A stretch of 64,000 nt of DNA from Macrostomum lignano. Lineage: Eukaryota. Below the pieces are notes generated by a model, which was not told the origin of the DNA, searched no databases, and saw only the letters and a program-made list of their open reading frames with translations. The stretch lies in contig NIVC01002528.1 of the NCBI GenBank assembly GCA_002269645.1, positions 1 to 64,000 on the forward strand, in the 5' to 3' direction. Both the position numbers and the translations under genes were made by a program. Shown here piece by piece: positions 23,720 to 37,400 of this stretch; positions within the stretch are counted from its first letter, which is position 1, and every line of letters starts with the position of its first letter.

Positions 23720-25184
23720 TTTCAGCTACTCTTGTTATTTCTATAAGCTTCTGATGACGCTATCACGTGTTTAATTTTATGCACTTTAAACTAAATTTAA
23801 GTCATAGACAAATCTGAAGCAGGCGGTATTGTAGAAAATCAGCCTTTAGGATACTGAATGGTTATTCGTGTTGTCTATGGTTAACCCTACAATAATGGTT
23901 AACTATTTTTGGAACAAAATAGCAAACGCCAACGATAAAGAATAAGCGCTATGAAAAATTATTGGCGTTCATCGGACATCGGTCGACCATCAGACACGTT
24001 CACTGCTACATGCATCATAACTGAAATACCAATAACTGCGAAAGTGCTAGCAACGCCCAACGCTATTTAGGTTTTCGGAGCAAATCATGTTGTGACCTGC
24101 ACCTCACAATGCCCTTGACCCGACCCCTGCGCTGTCCGCCTGCCATTCTTCATTTTATTTTTCTCGTTTTCATTTTCATTGGCTGGCGTCTTTTCCTCTC
24201 TCTCTCTATCGTCTGGGCCCAGTCCAATCGTGTCTCTTGCCATGGAGGCACCTGATTGGCTAGCCTTTCCCCTTCCTTCTCTCTCGCCCTTCAACTCTGT
24301 GAGTTTTGTTCCCCCCCCCCCCCAACCCCCGCCCTGCGTGGCTTAGCCCCAACCAGCCCCGGTAAGACAGAAACTGCATACCAAATCCAAGTCTAGACTA
24401 GCTTTTCAAGACCGGACTACCCTAGACAGAGCTTTCTGCATACGGTCCAATGTCAGACCGGTCTACTATAGACAGAAGTAGGGTAGCTAGACCATAGACC
24501 ATAGACTGAACTACCCAGTCCGGACTAGCTAGTCTGGATTAAGCTTTCTGCATACGGCCCGATATTTCGGGTTTATTTTGATGGCGAGCCGACGGCGACG
24601 CTGGTCTCTGGTCATTTTTCCAAACCGCCTAAATAGCTCGTATATGCCGAATGCAAAAATGTTTTAAAATATACCGATTATGCACTTTTTTACTTTGCAA
24701 CTTCATAGTTAGTTTAATAAAATCTCTACCAGTAACATTTCCTATACCGCCTGCCAAAATTTCATTTTCATCTCTCTCTTTCAGATTTCAACGAGCCACT
24801 TTACTCGATCCTGTGAACATTTCCGATCGCTCTTTGTTTCCTTCACTGCACCTGGTGAAATGTGAAAACGCAGAGAACCGCGGCCACCTGAAGACTCTTC
24901 AGTTCGTTTTCTTTCCAGTTCCAGATCCTACATCTCCTACTCCGATATTACAGTACAGTTGAATCATGAATTGAAACTTTATCGGTTTCTGCATGCTGCT
25001 AAAATAAGATCCATGAACTTAAGCCTGAGATTAGCTGAGCTTGATAGAAATATATTTGACTTCTTAATCGCTTTATAAGCTCCTTATTTTCCCATGCTTA
25101 TTTCCTCTATGTTCCTGGCTATTTCATATATATACTCGTAATTAGATTTTTTCTTGACTTCTTACTACCTGTTTATAATCACAC

Positions 25185-27600
25185 CCTGCTTCCCCTACAT
25201 ATGTGTCCGCATCTACCTGCTTCCCTACATCTGTCTCTGCATCTCCCTGCTTCCCTACATCTGTCTCTGCATCTCCCTGCTTCCCTACATCTGCCTCTGC
25301 ATCCCCCTGCTCTCCATCCTCTGTCTCTGCATCTCCCTGCTTCCCTACATCTGTCTCTGTATCTCCCTGCTTCCCTACATCTGTCTCTGCATCTCCCTGC
25401 TTCCCTACATCTGTCTCTGCATCTCCCTGCTTCCCTACATCTGTCTCTGCATCTCCCTGCTTCCCTACATCTGTCTCTGTATCTCCCTGCTTCCCTACAT
25501 CTGTCTGTGCATCTCCCTGCTTCCCTACATCTGTCTCTGCATCTCCCTGCTTCCCTACATCTGTCTCTGCATCTCCCTGCTTCCCTACATCTGCCTCTGC
25601 ATCCCCCTGCTCTCCATCCTCTGTCTCTGCATCTCCCTGCTTCCCTACATCTGCCTCTGCATCCCCTGCTCTCCATCCTCTGTCTCTGCATCTCCCTGCT
25701 TCCCTACATCTGTCTCTGCATCTCCCTGCTTCCCTACATCTGCCTCTGCATCCCCCTGCTCTCCATCCTCTGTCTCTGCATCTCCCTGCTTCCCTACATC
25801 TGTCTCTGTATCTCCCTGCTTCCCTACATCTGTCTCTGCATCTCCCTGCTTCCCTACATCTGTCTCTGCATCTCCCTGCTTCCCTACATCTGTCTCTGCA
25901 TCTCCCTGCTTCCCTACATCTGTCTCTGTATCTCCCTGCTTCCCTAAATCTGTCTCTGCATCTCCGTGCTTCCCTACATCTGTCTCTGCATCTCCCTGCT
26001 TCCCTACATCTGTCTCTGCATCTCCCTGCTTCCCTACATCTGCCTCTGCATCCCCCTGCTCTCCATCCTCTGTCTCTGCATCTCCCTGCTTCCCTACATC
26101 TGTCTCTGCATCTCCCTGCTTCCCTACATCTGCCTCTGCATCCCCCTGCTCTCCATCCTCTGTCTCTGCATCTCCCTGCTTCCCTACATCTGTCTCTGTA
26201 TCTCCCTGCTTCCCTACATCTGTCTCTGCATCTCCCTGCTTCCCTACATCTGTCTCTGCATCTCCCTGCTTCCCTACATCTGTCTCTGCATCTCCCTGCT
26301 TCCCTACATCTGTCTCTGCATCTCCCTGCTTCCCTACATCTGCCTCTGCATCCCCCTGCTCTCCATCCTCTGTCTCTGCATCTCCCTGCTTCCCTACATC
26401 TGCCTCTGCATCCCCCTGCTCTCCATCCTCTGTCTCTGCATCTCCCTGCTTCCCTACATCTGTCTCTGCATCTCCCTGCTTCCCTACATCTGCCTCTGCA
26501 TCCCCCTGCTCTCCATCCTCTGTCTCTGCATCTCCCTGCTTCCCTACATCTGTCTCTGTATCTCCCTGCTTCCCTACATCTGTCTCTGCATCTCCCTGCT
26601 TCCCTACATCTGTCTCTGCATCTCCCTGCTTCCCTACATCTGTCTCTGCATCTCCCTGCTTCCCTACATCTGTCTCTGTATCTCCCTGCTTCCCTACATC
26701 TGTCTCTGCATCTCCGTGCTTCCCTACATCTGTCTCTGCATCTCCCTGCTTCCCTACATCTGTCTCTGCATCTCCCTGCTTCCCTACATCTGTCTCTGCA
26801 TCCCCCTGCTCTCCATCCTCTGTCTCTGCATCTCCCTGCTTCCCTACATCTGCCTCTGCATCCCCCTGCTCTCCATCCTCTGTCTCTGCATCTCCCTGCT
26901 TCCCTACATCTGTCTCTGCATCTCCCTGCTTCCCTACATCTGTCTCTGCATCTCCGTGCTTCCCTACATCTGTCTCTGCATCTCCCTGCTTCCCTACATC
27001 TGTCTCTGCATCTCCCTGCTTCCCTACATCTGTCTCTGCATCCCCTGCTCTCCATACATCTGTCTCTGCATCTCCCTGCTTCCCTACATCTGTCTCTGCA
27101 TCTCCCTGCTTCCCTACATCTGTCTCTGCATCTCCCTGCTTCCCTACATCTGTCTGTGCATCTCCCTGCTTCCCTACATCTGCCTCTGCATCTCCCTGCT
27201 TCCCTACATCTGTCTCTGCATCCCCCTGCTCTCCATCCTCTGTCTCTGCATCTCCCTGCTTCCCTACATCTGCCTCTGCATCCCCCTGCTCTCCATCCTC
27301 TGTCTCTGCATCTCCCTGCTTCCCTACATCTGCCTCTGCATCTCCCTGCTTCCCTACATCTGTCTCTGCATCCCCCTGCTCTCCATCCTCTGTCTCTGCA
27401 TCTCCCTGCTTCCCTACATCTGCCTCTGCATCCCCCTGCTCTCCATCCTCTGTCTCTGCATCTCCCTGCTTCCCTACATCTGCCTCTGCATCCCCCTGCT
27501 CTCCATCCTCTGTCTCTGCATCTCCCTGCTTCCCTACATCTGCCTCTGCATCCCCCTGCTTCCCTACATCTGTCTCTGCATCCCCCTGCTCTCCATCCTC
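25185..27600. repeat. 30-bp minisatellite (CATCTGTCTCTGCATCTCCCTGCTTCCCTA)n, ~80 copies, two unit types
   Basis: Direct read; variant unit with GCC..CCCCCTGCTCTCCATCC interspersed. Confidence 0.98.
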
Positions 27601-27868
27601 TCCTTCAATAACACTTATAATTTCTCAGCCTCAGACACTCTGATGCAGAACTAATCAACATGTTGAGTTACACGCACAAGATGCTTGTAAAGAGCCCCAG
27701 ACAATAGTTAATTAGGCACACATGCTGAAAGCGTGTTTTAACCAATGCTATAAGCTTGAGATGGAACAGAAGATTAATTTTCTCATCCCTCATCCATGCT
27801 TGAAATTCATAGAGATCTGACCGGAACGAAAGATGCTTTTCTACACCGTCGTTAGAAAGAAGAAATGA

Positions 27869-27871
<3 letters not shown>

Positions 27872-27904
<33 letters not shown>

Positions 27905-28049
27905 ACTGCACACCGCTTCTAAAACTGCAGGCCTCCTCCAAGGATCTCCGCCGTCGTCTTTTTCTACCGAAGCAGCCGCTATGAAGCGCTCAATAATTGG
28001 TGCCGGAGCAAAAAATGGCCCACGCGGTTTTTGCCAGGCAGGGAGCAAA

Positions 28050-28083
<34 letters not shown>

Positions 28084-28084
28084 C
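27872..28084. repeat. Two short (AG)n tracts (27872-27901 and ~28050-28084)
   Basis: Direct read. Confidence 0.85.
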
Positions 28085-28409
28085 GGCTCTCCCGCTTCCT
28101 GAAAACTTACTTGCCAGCAATTGCGGATTAAAGAGAAGAGACTGAGTCGATTGAAAAATTGCTTGAGAATGATTTTTTCTTTTTTCCTTAACTACAGGCT
28201 GTCAATCATTAGAAAAGACTGAACCAATGCGCTATTATAGTAATCTCTCTGCTAAAGTATTGCCTCATGTCCCATCCTCTTGTAGCTACCAAGCACTTCA
28301 TGTTGTAAAGCTCCAAGTTAAAAATCGTTCTCTCATATCACCTGTGCAAATTTTTAATGGATACATCGTTGAGATAAACTAAAAATAAAGTGATTGAACT
28401 TCAAATGGC

Positions 28410-31400
28410 TTCAGTTCACTGTATCTTTAGTTCACTGTCTCTTCAGTTCACTGTCTCTTCGATTCACTTTCTCTTCAGTTCACTGTCTCTTCATTTCATT
28501 GTCTCTTCAGTTCATTGTCTCCTCAGTTCACTGTCTCTTCAGTTCACTGTCTCTTCATTTCATTGTCTCTTCAGTTCACTGTCTCTTCACTGTCTCTTCA
28601 GTTCACTGTCTCTTCAGTTCACTGTCTCTTCAGTTCATTGTCTCCTCAGTTCACTGTCTCTTCAGTTCACTGTCTCTTCATTTCATTGTCTCTTCAGTTC
28701 ACTGTCTCTTCACTGTCTCTTCAGTTCACTGTCTCTTCAGTTCACTGTCTCTTCAGTTCATTGTCTCCTCAGTTCACTGTCTTTTCAGTTCACTGTCTCT
28801 TCAGTTCACTGTCTCTTCAGTTCACTGTCTCTTCAGTTCACTGTCTCTTCACTGTCTCTTCAGTTCATTGTCTCCTCAGTTCACTGTCTTTTCAGTTCAC
28901 TGTCTCTTCAGTTCACTGTCTCTTCAGTTCACTGTCTCTTCAGTTCACTGTCTCTTCAGTTCACTGTCTCTTCATTTCACTTTCTCTTCAGTTCACTGTC
29001 TCTTCATTTCATTGTCTCTTCAGTTCACTGTCTCTTCACTGTCTCTTCACTGTCTCTTCAGTTCACTGTCTCTTCAGTTCACTGTCTCTTCAGTTCACTG
29101 TCTCTTCAGTTCACTGTCTCCTCAGTTCACTGTCTCTTCAGTTCACTGTCTCTTCACTGTCTCTTCAGTTCACTGTCTCTTCAGTTCACTTTCTCTTCAG
29201 TTCACTGTCTCTTCAGTTCACTGTCTCTTCAGTTCACTGTCTCTTTAGTTCACTGTCTCTTTAGTTCACTGTCTCTTCAGTTCACTGTCTCTTCAGTTCA
29301 CTGTCTCTTCAGTTCACTGTCTCTTCACTGTCTCTTCAGTTCACTGTCTCTTCAGTTCACTGTCTCTTCACTGTCTCTTCAGTTCACTGTCTCTTCACTG
29401 TCTCTTCAGTTCACTGTCTCTTCAGTTCATGTCTCTTCAGTTCACTGTCTCTTCAGTTCACTGTCTCTTCACTGTCTCTTCAGTTCACTGTCTCTTCAGT
29501 TCACTGTCTCTTCAGTTCACTGTCTCTTCAGTTCACTGTCTCTTCAGTTCACTGTCTCTTCACTGTCTCTTCAGTTCACTGTCTCTTCAGTTCACTGTCT
29601 CTTCACTGTCTCTTCAGTTCACTGTCTCTTCAGTTCACTGTCTCTTCACTGTCTCTTCAGTTCACTGTCTCTTCACTGTCTCTTCAGTTCACTGTCTCTT
29701 CAGTTCACTGTCTCTTCAGTTCACTGTCTCTTCAGTTCACTGTCTCTTCACTGTCTCTTCAGTTCACTGTCTCTTCAGTTCACTGTCTCTTCAGTTCACT
29801 GTCTCTTCAGTTCACTGTCTCTTCAGTTCACTGTCTCTTCACTGTCTCTTCAGTTCACTGTCTCTTCAGTTCACTGTCTCTTCACTGTCTCTTCAGTTCA
29901 CTGTCTCTTCACTGTCTCTTCAGTTCACTGTCTCTTCACTGTCTCTTCAGTTCACTGTCTCTTTTCACTGTCTCTTCAGTTCACTGTCTCTTCAGTTCAC
30001 TGTCTCTTCAGTTCACTGTCTCTTCAGTTCACTGTCTCTTCAGTTCACTGTCTCTTCACTGTCTCTTCAGTTCACTGTCTCTTAGTTCACTGTCTCTTCA
30101 GTTCACTGTCTCTTCAGTTCACTGTCTCTTCAGTTCACTGTCTCTTCAGTTCACTGTCTCTTCAGTTCACTGTCTCTTCACTTCTCTTCAGTTCACTGTC
30201 TCTTAGTTCACTGTCTCTTCAGTTCACTGTCTCTTCAGTTCACTGTCTCTTCAGTTCACTGTCTCTTCAGTTCACTGTCTCTTCACTGTCTCTTCAGTTC
30301 ACTGTCTCTTCAGTTCACTGTCTCTTCAGTTCACTGTCTCTTCAGTTCACTGTCTCTTCAGTTCACTGTCTCTTCAGTTCACTGTCTCTTCAGTTCACTG
30401 TCTCTTCAGTTCACTGTCTCTTCAGTTCACTGTCTCTTCAGTTCACTGTCTCTTTAGTTCACTGTCTCTTCAGTTCACTGTCTCTTCAGTTCACTGTCTC
30501 TTCAGTTCACTGTCTCTTCAGTTCACTGTCTCTTCAGTTCACTGTCTCTTCAGTTCACTGTCTCTTCAGTTCACTGTCTCTTCAGTTCACTGTCTCTTCA
30601 GTTCACTGTCTCTTCAGTTCACTGTCTCTTTAGTTCACTGTCTCTTCAGTTCACTGTCTCTTCAGTTCACTGTCTCTTCAGTTCACTGTCTCTTCAGTTC
30701 ACTGTCTCTTCAGTTCACTGTCTCTTCACTGTCTCTTCAGTTCACTGTCTCTTTAGTTCACTGTCTCTTTAGTTCACTGTCTCTTCAGTTCACTGTCTCT
30801 TCACTGTCTCTTCACTGTCTCTTCAGTTCACTGTCTCTTCAGTTCATTGTCTCCTCAGTTCACTGTCTCTTCAGTTCACTGTCTCTTCAGTTCACTGTCT
30901 CTTCAGTTCACTGTCTCTTCAGTTCACTGTCTCTTCAGTTCACTGTCTCTTCAGTTCACTGTCTCTTCAGTTCACTGTCTCTTCAGTTCACTGTCTCTTC
31001 AGTTCACTGTCTCTTCAGTTCACTGTCTCTTTAGTTCACTGTCTCTTCAGTTCACTGTCTCTTCACTGTCTCTTCAGTTCACTGTCTCTTCAGTTCACTG
31101 TCTCTTCAGTTCACTGTCTCTTCAGTTCACTGTCTCTTCAGTTCACTGTCTCTTCAGTTCACTGTCTCTTCAGTTCACTGTCTCTTCAGTTCACTGTCTC
31201 TTCAGTTCACTGTCTCTTCACTGTCTCTTCAGTTCACTGTCTCTTCAGTTCACTGTCTCTTCAGTTCACTGTCTCTTCAGTTCACTGTCTCTTCAGTTCA
31301 CTGTCTCTTCAGTTCACTGTCTCTTCAGTTCACTGTCTCTTCAGTTCACTGTCTCTTCAGTTCACTGTCTCTTCAGTTCACTGTCTCTTCAGTTCACTGT

Positions 31401-34400
31401 CTCTTCAGTTCACTGTCTCTTCAGTTCACTGTCTCTTCAGTTCACTGTCTCTTCAGTTCACTGTCTCTTCAGTTCACTGTCTCTTCAGTTCACTGTCTCT
31501 TCAGTTCACTGTCTCTTCAGTTCACTGTCTCTTCAGTTCACTGTCTCTTCAGTTCACTGTCTCTTCACTGTCTCTTCAGTTCACTGTCTCTTCAGTTCAC
31601 TGTCTCTTTAGTTCACTGTCTCTTCAGTTCACTGTCTCTTCACTGTCTCTTCAGTTCACTGTCTCTTCAGTTCACTGTCTCTTCAGTTCACTGTCTCTTC
31701 AGTTCACTGTCTCTTCAGTTCACTGTCTCTTCAGTTCACTGTCTCTTCAGTTCACTGTCTCTTCACTGTCTCTTCAGTTCACTGTCTCTTCAGTTCACTG
31801 TCTCTTCAGTTCACTGTCTCTTCAGTTCACTGTCTCTTCAGTTCACTGTCTCTTCAGTTCACTGTCTCTTCAGTTCACTGTCTCTTCACTGTCTCTTCAG
31901 TTCACTGTCTCTTTAGTTCACTGTCTCTTCAGTTCACTGTCTCTTCAGTTCACTGTCTCTTCAGTTCACTGTCTCTTCAGTTCACTGTCTCTTCACTGTC
32001 TCTTCAGTTCACTGTCTCTTCAGTTCACTGTCTCTTCAGTTCACTGTCTCTTCAGTTCACTGTCTCTTCAGTTCACTGTCTCTTCACTGTCTCTTCAGTT
32101 CACTGTCTCTCAGTTCACTGTCTCTTCAGTTCACTGTCTCTTCAGTTCACTGTCTCTTCACTGTCTCTTCAGTTCACTGTCTCTTCAGTTCACTGTCTCT
32201 TCAGTTCACTGTCTCTTCAGTTCACTGTCTCTTCAGTTCACTGTCTCTTCAGTTCACTGTCTCTTCAGTTCACTGTCTCTTCAGTTCACTGTCTCTTCAG
32301 TTCACTGTCTCTTCAGTTCACTGTCTCTTCAGTTCACTGTCTCTTCAGTTCACTGTCTCTTCAGTTCACTGTCTCTTCAGTTCACTGTCTCTTCAGTTCA
32401 CTGTCTCTTCAGTTCACTGTCTCTTCAGTTCACTGTCTCTTTAGTTCACTGTCTCTTCAGTTCACTGTCTCTTCAGTTCACTGTCTCTTCACTGTCTCTT
32501 CAGTTCACTGTCTCTTCACTGTCTCTTCAGTTCACTGTCTCTTCAGTTCACTGTCTCTTCAGTTCACTGTCTCTTCACTGTCTCTTCAGTTCACTGTCTC
32601 TTCAGTTCACTGTCTCTTCACTGTCTCTTCAGTTCACTGTCTCTTCACTGTCTCTTCAGTTCACTGTCTCTTCACTGTCTCTTCAGTTCACTGTCTCTTC
32701 ACTGTCTCTTCAGTTCACTGTCTCTTTAGTTCACTGTCTCTTCAGTTCTCTGTCTCTTCAGTTCACTGTCTCTTTAGTTCACTGTCTCTTTAGTTCACTG
32801 TCTCTTTAGTTCACTGTCTCTTCAGTTCACTGTCTCTTCAGTTCACTGTCTCTTCACTGTCTCTTCAGTTCACTGTCTCTTCACTGTCTCTTCAGTTCAC
32901 TGTCTCTTCAGTTCACTGTCTCTTCACTGTCTCTTCAGTTCACTGTCTCTTCAGTTCACTGTCTCTTCACTGTCTCTTCAGTTCACTGTCTCTTCACTGT
33001 CTCTTCAGTTCACTGTCTCTTCACTGTCTCTTCAGTTCACTGTCTCTTCAGTTCACTGTCTCTTCACTGTCTCTTCAGTTCACTGTCTCTTCAGTTCACT
33101 GTCTCTTCACTGTCTCTTCAGTTCACTGTCTCTTCACTGTCTCTTCAGTTCACTGTCTCTTCAGTTCATGTCTCTTCAGTTCACTGTCTCTTCAGTTCAC
33201 TGTCTCTTCACTGTCTCTTCAGTTCACTGTCTCTTCAGTTCACTGTCTCTTCAGTTCACTGTCTCTTCAGTTCACTGTCTCTTCAGTTCACTGTCTCTTC
33301 ACTGTCTCTTCAGTTCACTGTCTCTTCAGTTCACTGTCTCTTCACTGTCTCTTCAGTTCACTGTCTCTTCAGTTCACTGTCTCTTCACTGTCTCTTCAGT
33401 TCACTGTCTCTTCACTGTCTCTTCAGTTCACTGTCTCTTCAGTTCATTGTCTCTTCAGTTCACTGTCTCTTCAGTTCACTGTCTCTTCACTGTCTCTTCA
33501 GTTCACTGTCTCTTCAGTTCACTGTCTCTTCAGTTCACTGTCTCTTCAGTACACTGTCTCTTCAGTTCACTGTCTCTTCACTGTCTCTTCAGTTCACTGT
33601 CTCTTCAGTTCACTGTCTCTTCACTGTCTCTTCAGTTCACTGTCTCTTCACTGTCTCTTCAGTTCACTGTCTCTTCACTGTCTCTTCAGTTCACTGTCTC
33701 TTTAGTTCACTGTCTCTTCAGTTCACTGTCTCTTCAGTTCACTGTCTCTTCAGTTCACTGTCTCTTCAGTTCACTGTCTCTTCAGTTCACTGTCTCTTCA
33801 CTGTCTCTTCAGTTCACTGTCTCTTTAGTTCACTGTCTCTTCAGTTCACTGTCTCTTCAGTTCACTGTCTCTTCAGTTCACTGTCTCTTCAGTTCACTGT
33901 CTCTTCAGTTCACTGTCTCTTCACTTCTCTTCAGTTCACTGTCTCTTTAGTTCACTGTCTCTTCAGTTCACTGTCTCTTCAGTTCACTGTCTCTTCAGTT
34001 CACTGTCTCTTCAGTTCACTGTCTCTTCACTGTCTCTTCAGTTCACTGTCTCTTCAGTTCACTGTCTCTTCAGTTCACTGTCTCTTCAGTTCACTGTCTC
34101 TTCAGTTCACTGTCTCTTCAGTTCACTGTCTCTTCAGTTCACTGTCTCTTCAGTTCACTGTCTCTTCAGTTCACTGTCTCTTCAGTTCACTGTCTCTTCA
34201 GTTCACTGTCTCTTCAGTTCACTGTCTCTTCAGTTCACTGTCTCTTCAGTTCACTGTCTCTTCAGTTCACTGTCTCTTCAGTTCACTGTCTCTTCAGTTC
34301 ACTGTCTCTTCAGTTCACTGTCTCTTCAGTTCACTGTCTCTTCAGTTCACTGTCTCTTCAGTTCACTGTCTCTTCAGTTCACTGTCTCTTCAGTTCACTG

Positions 34401-37400
34401 TCTCTTCAGTTCACTGTCTCTTCAGTTCACTGTCTCTTCAGTTCACTGTCTCTTCAGTTCACTGTCTCTTCACTGTCTCTTCAGTTCACTGTCTCTTTAG
34501 TTCACTGTCTCTTTAGTTCACTGTCTCTTCAGTTCACTGTCTCTTCACTGTCTCTTCACTGTCTCTTCAGTTCACTGTCTCTTCAGTTCATGTCTCTCAG
34601 TTCACTGTCTCCTCAGTTCACTGTCTCTTCAGTTCACTGTCTCTTCAGTTCACTGTCTCTTCAGTTCACTGTCTCTTCAGTTCACTGTCTCTTCAGTTCA
34701 CTGTCTCTTCAGTTCACTGTCTCTTCAGTTCACTGTCTCTTCAGTTCACTGTCTCTTCAGTTCACTGTCTCTTTAGTTCACTGTCTCTTCAGTTCACTGT
34801 CTCTTCACTGTCTCTTCAGTTCACTGTCTCTTCAGTTCACTGTCTCTTCAGTTCACTGTCTCTTCAGTTCACTGTCTCTTCAGTTCACTGTCTCTTCAGT
34901 TCACTGTCTCTTCAGTTCACTGTCTCTTCAGTTCACTGTCTCTTCAGTTCACTGTCTCTTCACTGTCTCTTCAGTTCACTGTCTTTTCAGTTCACTGTCT
35001 CTTCAGTTCACTGTCTCTTCAGTTCTCTGTCTCTTCAGTTCACTGTCTCTTCAGTTCACTGTCTCTTCAGTTCACTGTCTCTTCAGTTCACTGTCTCTTC
35101 AGTTCACTGTCTCTTCAGTTCACTGTCTCTTCAGTTCACTGTCTCTTCAGTTCACTGTCTCTCAGTTCACTGTCTCTTCAGTTCACTGTCTCTTCAGTTC
35201 ACTGTCTCTTAGTTCACTGTCTCTTCAGTTCACTGTCTCTTCAGTTCACTGTCTCTTCAGTTCACTGTCTCTTCAGTTCACTGTCTCTTCAGTTCACTGT
35301 CTCTTTACTGTCTCTTCAGTTCTCTGTCTCTTCAGTTCACTGTCTCTTTAGTTCACTGTCTCTTCAGTTCACTGTCTCTTCACTGTCTCTTCAGTTCACT
35401 GTCTCTTTAGTTCACTGTCTCTTCAGTTCACTGTCTCTTCAGTTCACTGTCTCTTCAGTTCACTGTCTCTTCAGTTCACTGTCTCTTTAGTTCACTGTCT
35501 CTTCACTGTCTCTTCAGTTCACTGTCTCTTTAGTTCACTGTCTCTTTAGTTCACTGTCTCTTCAGTTCACTGTCTCTTCAGTTCACTGTCTCTTCAGTTC
35601 ACTGTCTCTTCAGTTCACTGTCTCTTCACTTTCTCTTCAGTTCACTGTCTCTTTAGTTCACTGTCTCTTCAGTTTACTGTCTCTTCAGTTCACTGTCTCT
35701 TCAGTTCACTGTCTCTTCAGTTCACTGTCTCTTCACTGTCTCTTCAGTTCACTGTCTCTTCAGTTCACTGTCTCTTCAGTTCACTGTCTCTTCAGTTCAC
35801 TGTCTCTTCAGTTCACTGTCTCTTTACTGTCTCTTCAGTTCTCTGTCTCATCAGTTCACTGTCTCTTTAGTTCACTGTCTCTTCAGTTCACTGTCTCTTC
35901 ACTGTCTCTTCAGTTCACTGTCTCTTCAGTTCACTGTCTCTTCAGTTCACTGTCTCTTCAGTTCACTGTCTCTTCAGTTCACTGTCTCTTCAGTTCACTG
36001 TCTCTTCAGTTCACTGTCTCTTCAGTTCACTGTCTCTTCAGTTCACTGTCTCTTCAGTTCACTGTCTCTTCAGTTCACTGTCTCTTCAGTTCACTGTCTC
36101 TTCAGTTCACTGTCTCTTCAGTTCACTGTCTCTTCAGTTCACTGTCTCTTCAGTTCACTGTCTCTTAGTTCACTGTCTCTTCAGTTCACTGTCTCTTCAG
36201 TTCACTGTCTCTTCACTGTCTCTTCAGTTCACTGTCTCTTCACTGTCTCTTCAGTTCACTGTCTCTTCAGTTCACTGTCTCTTCAGTTCACTGTCTCTTC
36301 ACTGTCTCTTCAGTTCACTGTCTCTTCAGTTCACTGTCTCTTCACTGTCTCTTCAGTTCACTGTCTCTTCACTGTCTCTTCAGTTCACTGTCTCTTCACT
36401 GTCTCTTCAGTTCACTGTCTCTTCACTGTCTCTTCAGTTCACTGTCTCTTCAGTTCACTGTCTCTTCAGTTCACTGTCTCTTCAGTTCACTGTCTCTTCA
36501 GTTCACTGTCTCTTCAGTTCACTGTCTCTTCAGTTCACTGTCTCTTCAGTTCACTGTCTCTTCAGTTCACTGTCTCTTCACTGTCTCTTCAGTTCACTGT
36601 CTCTTCACTGTCTCTTCAGTTCACTGTCTCTTCAGTTCACTGTCTCTTCACTGTCTCTTCAGTTCACTGTCTCTTCAGTTCACTGTCTCTTCACTGTCTC
36701 TTCAGTTCACTGTCTCTTCACTGTCTCTTCAGTTCACTGTCTCTTCACTGTCTCTTCAGTTCACTGTCTCTTCAGTTCACTGTCTCTTCACTGTCTCTTC
36801 AGTTCACTGTCTCTTCAGTTCACTGTCTCTTCACTGTCTCTTCAGTTCACTGTCTCTTCACTGTCTCTTCAGTTCACTGTCTCTTCAGTTCACTGTCTCT
36901 TCAGTTCACTGTCTCTTCAGTTCACTGTCTCTTCACTGTCTCTTCAGTTCACTGTCTCTTCAGTTCACTGTCTCTTCAGTTCACTGTCTCTTCAGTTCAC
37001 TGTCTCTTCAGTTCACTGTCTCTTCACTGTCTCTTCAGTTCACTGTCTCTTCAGTTCACTGTCTCTTCACTGTCTCTTCAGTTCACTGTCTCTTCACTGT
37101 CTCTTCAGTTCACTGTCTCTTCACTGTCTCTTCAGTTCACTGTCTCTTCAGTTCACTGTCTCTTCAGTTCACTGTCTCTTCAGTTCACTGTCTCTTCAGT
37201 TCACTGTCTCTTCAGTTCACTGTCTCTTCAGTTCACTGTCTCTTCACTGTCTCTTCAGTTCACTGTCTCTTTAGTTCACTGTCTCTTCAGTTCACTGTCT
37301 CTTCAGTTCACTGTCTCTTCAGTTCACTGTCTCTTCAGTTCACTGTCTCTTCAGTTCACTGTCTCTTCACTGTCTCTTCAGTTCACTGTCTCTTCAGTTC

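Noticed and set aside
25142-27654. 560-830-aa ORFs (DAETDVGKQG, SASPCFPTSV repeats)
   Set aside because: Open in nearly all frames of a 30-bp minisatellite; no unique coding flanks or splice support.
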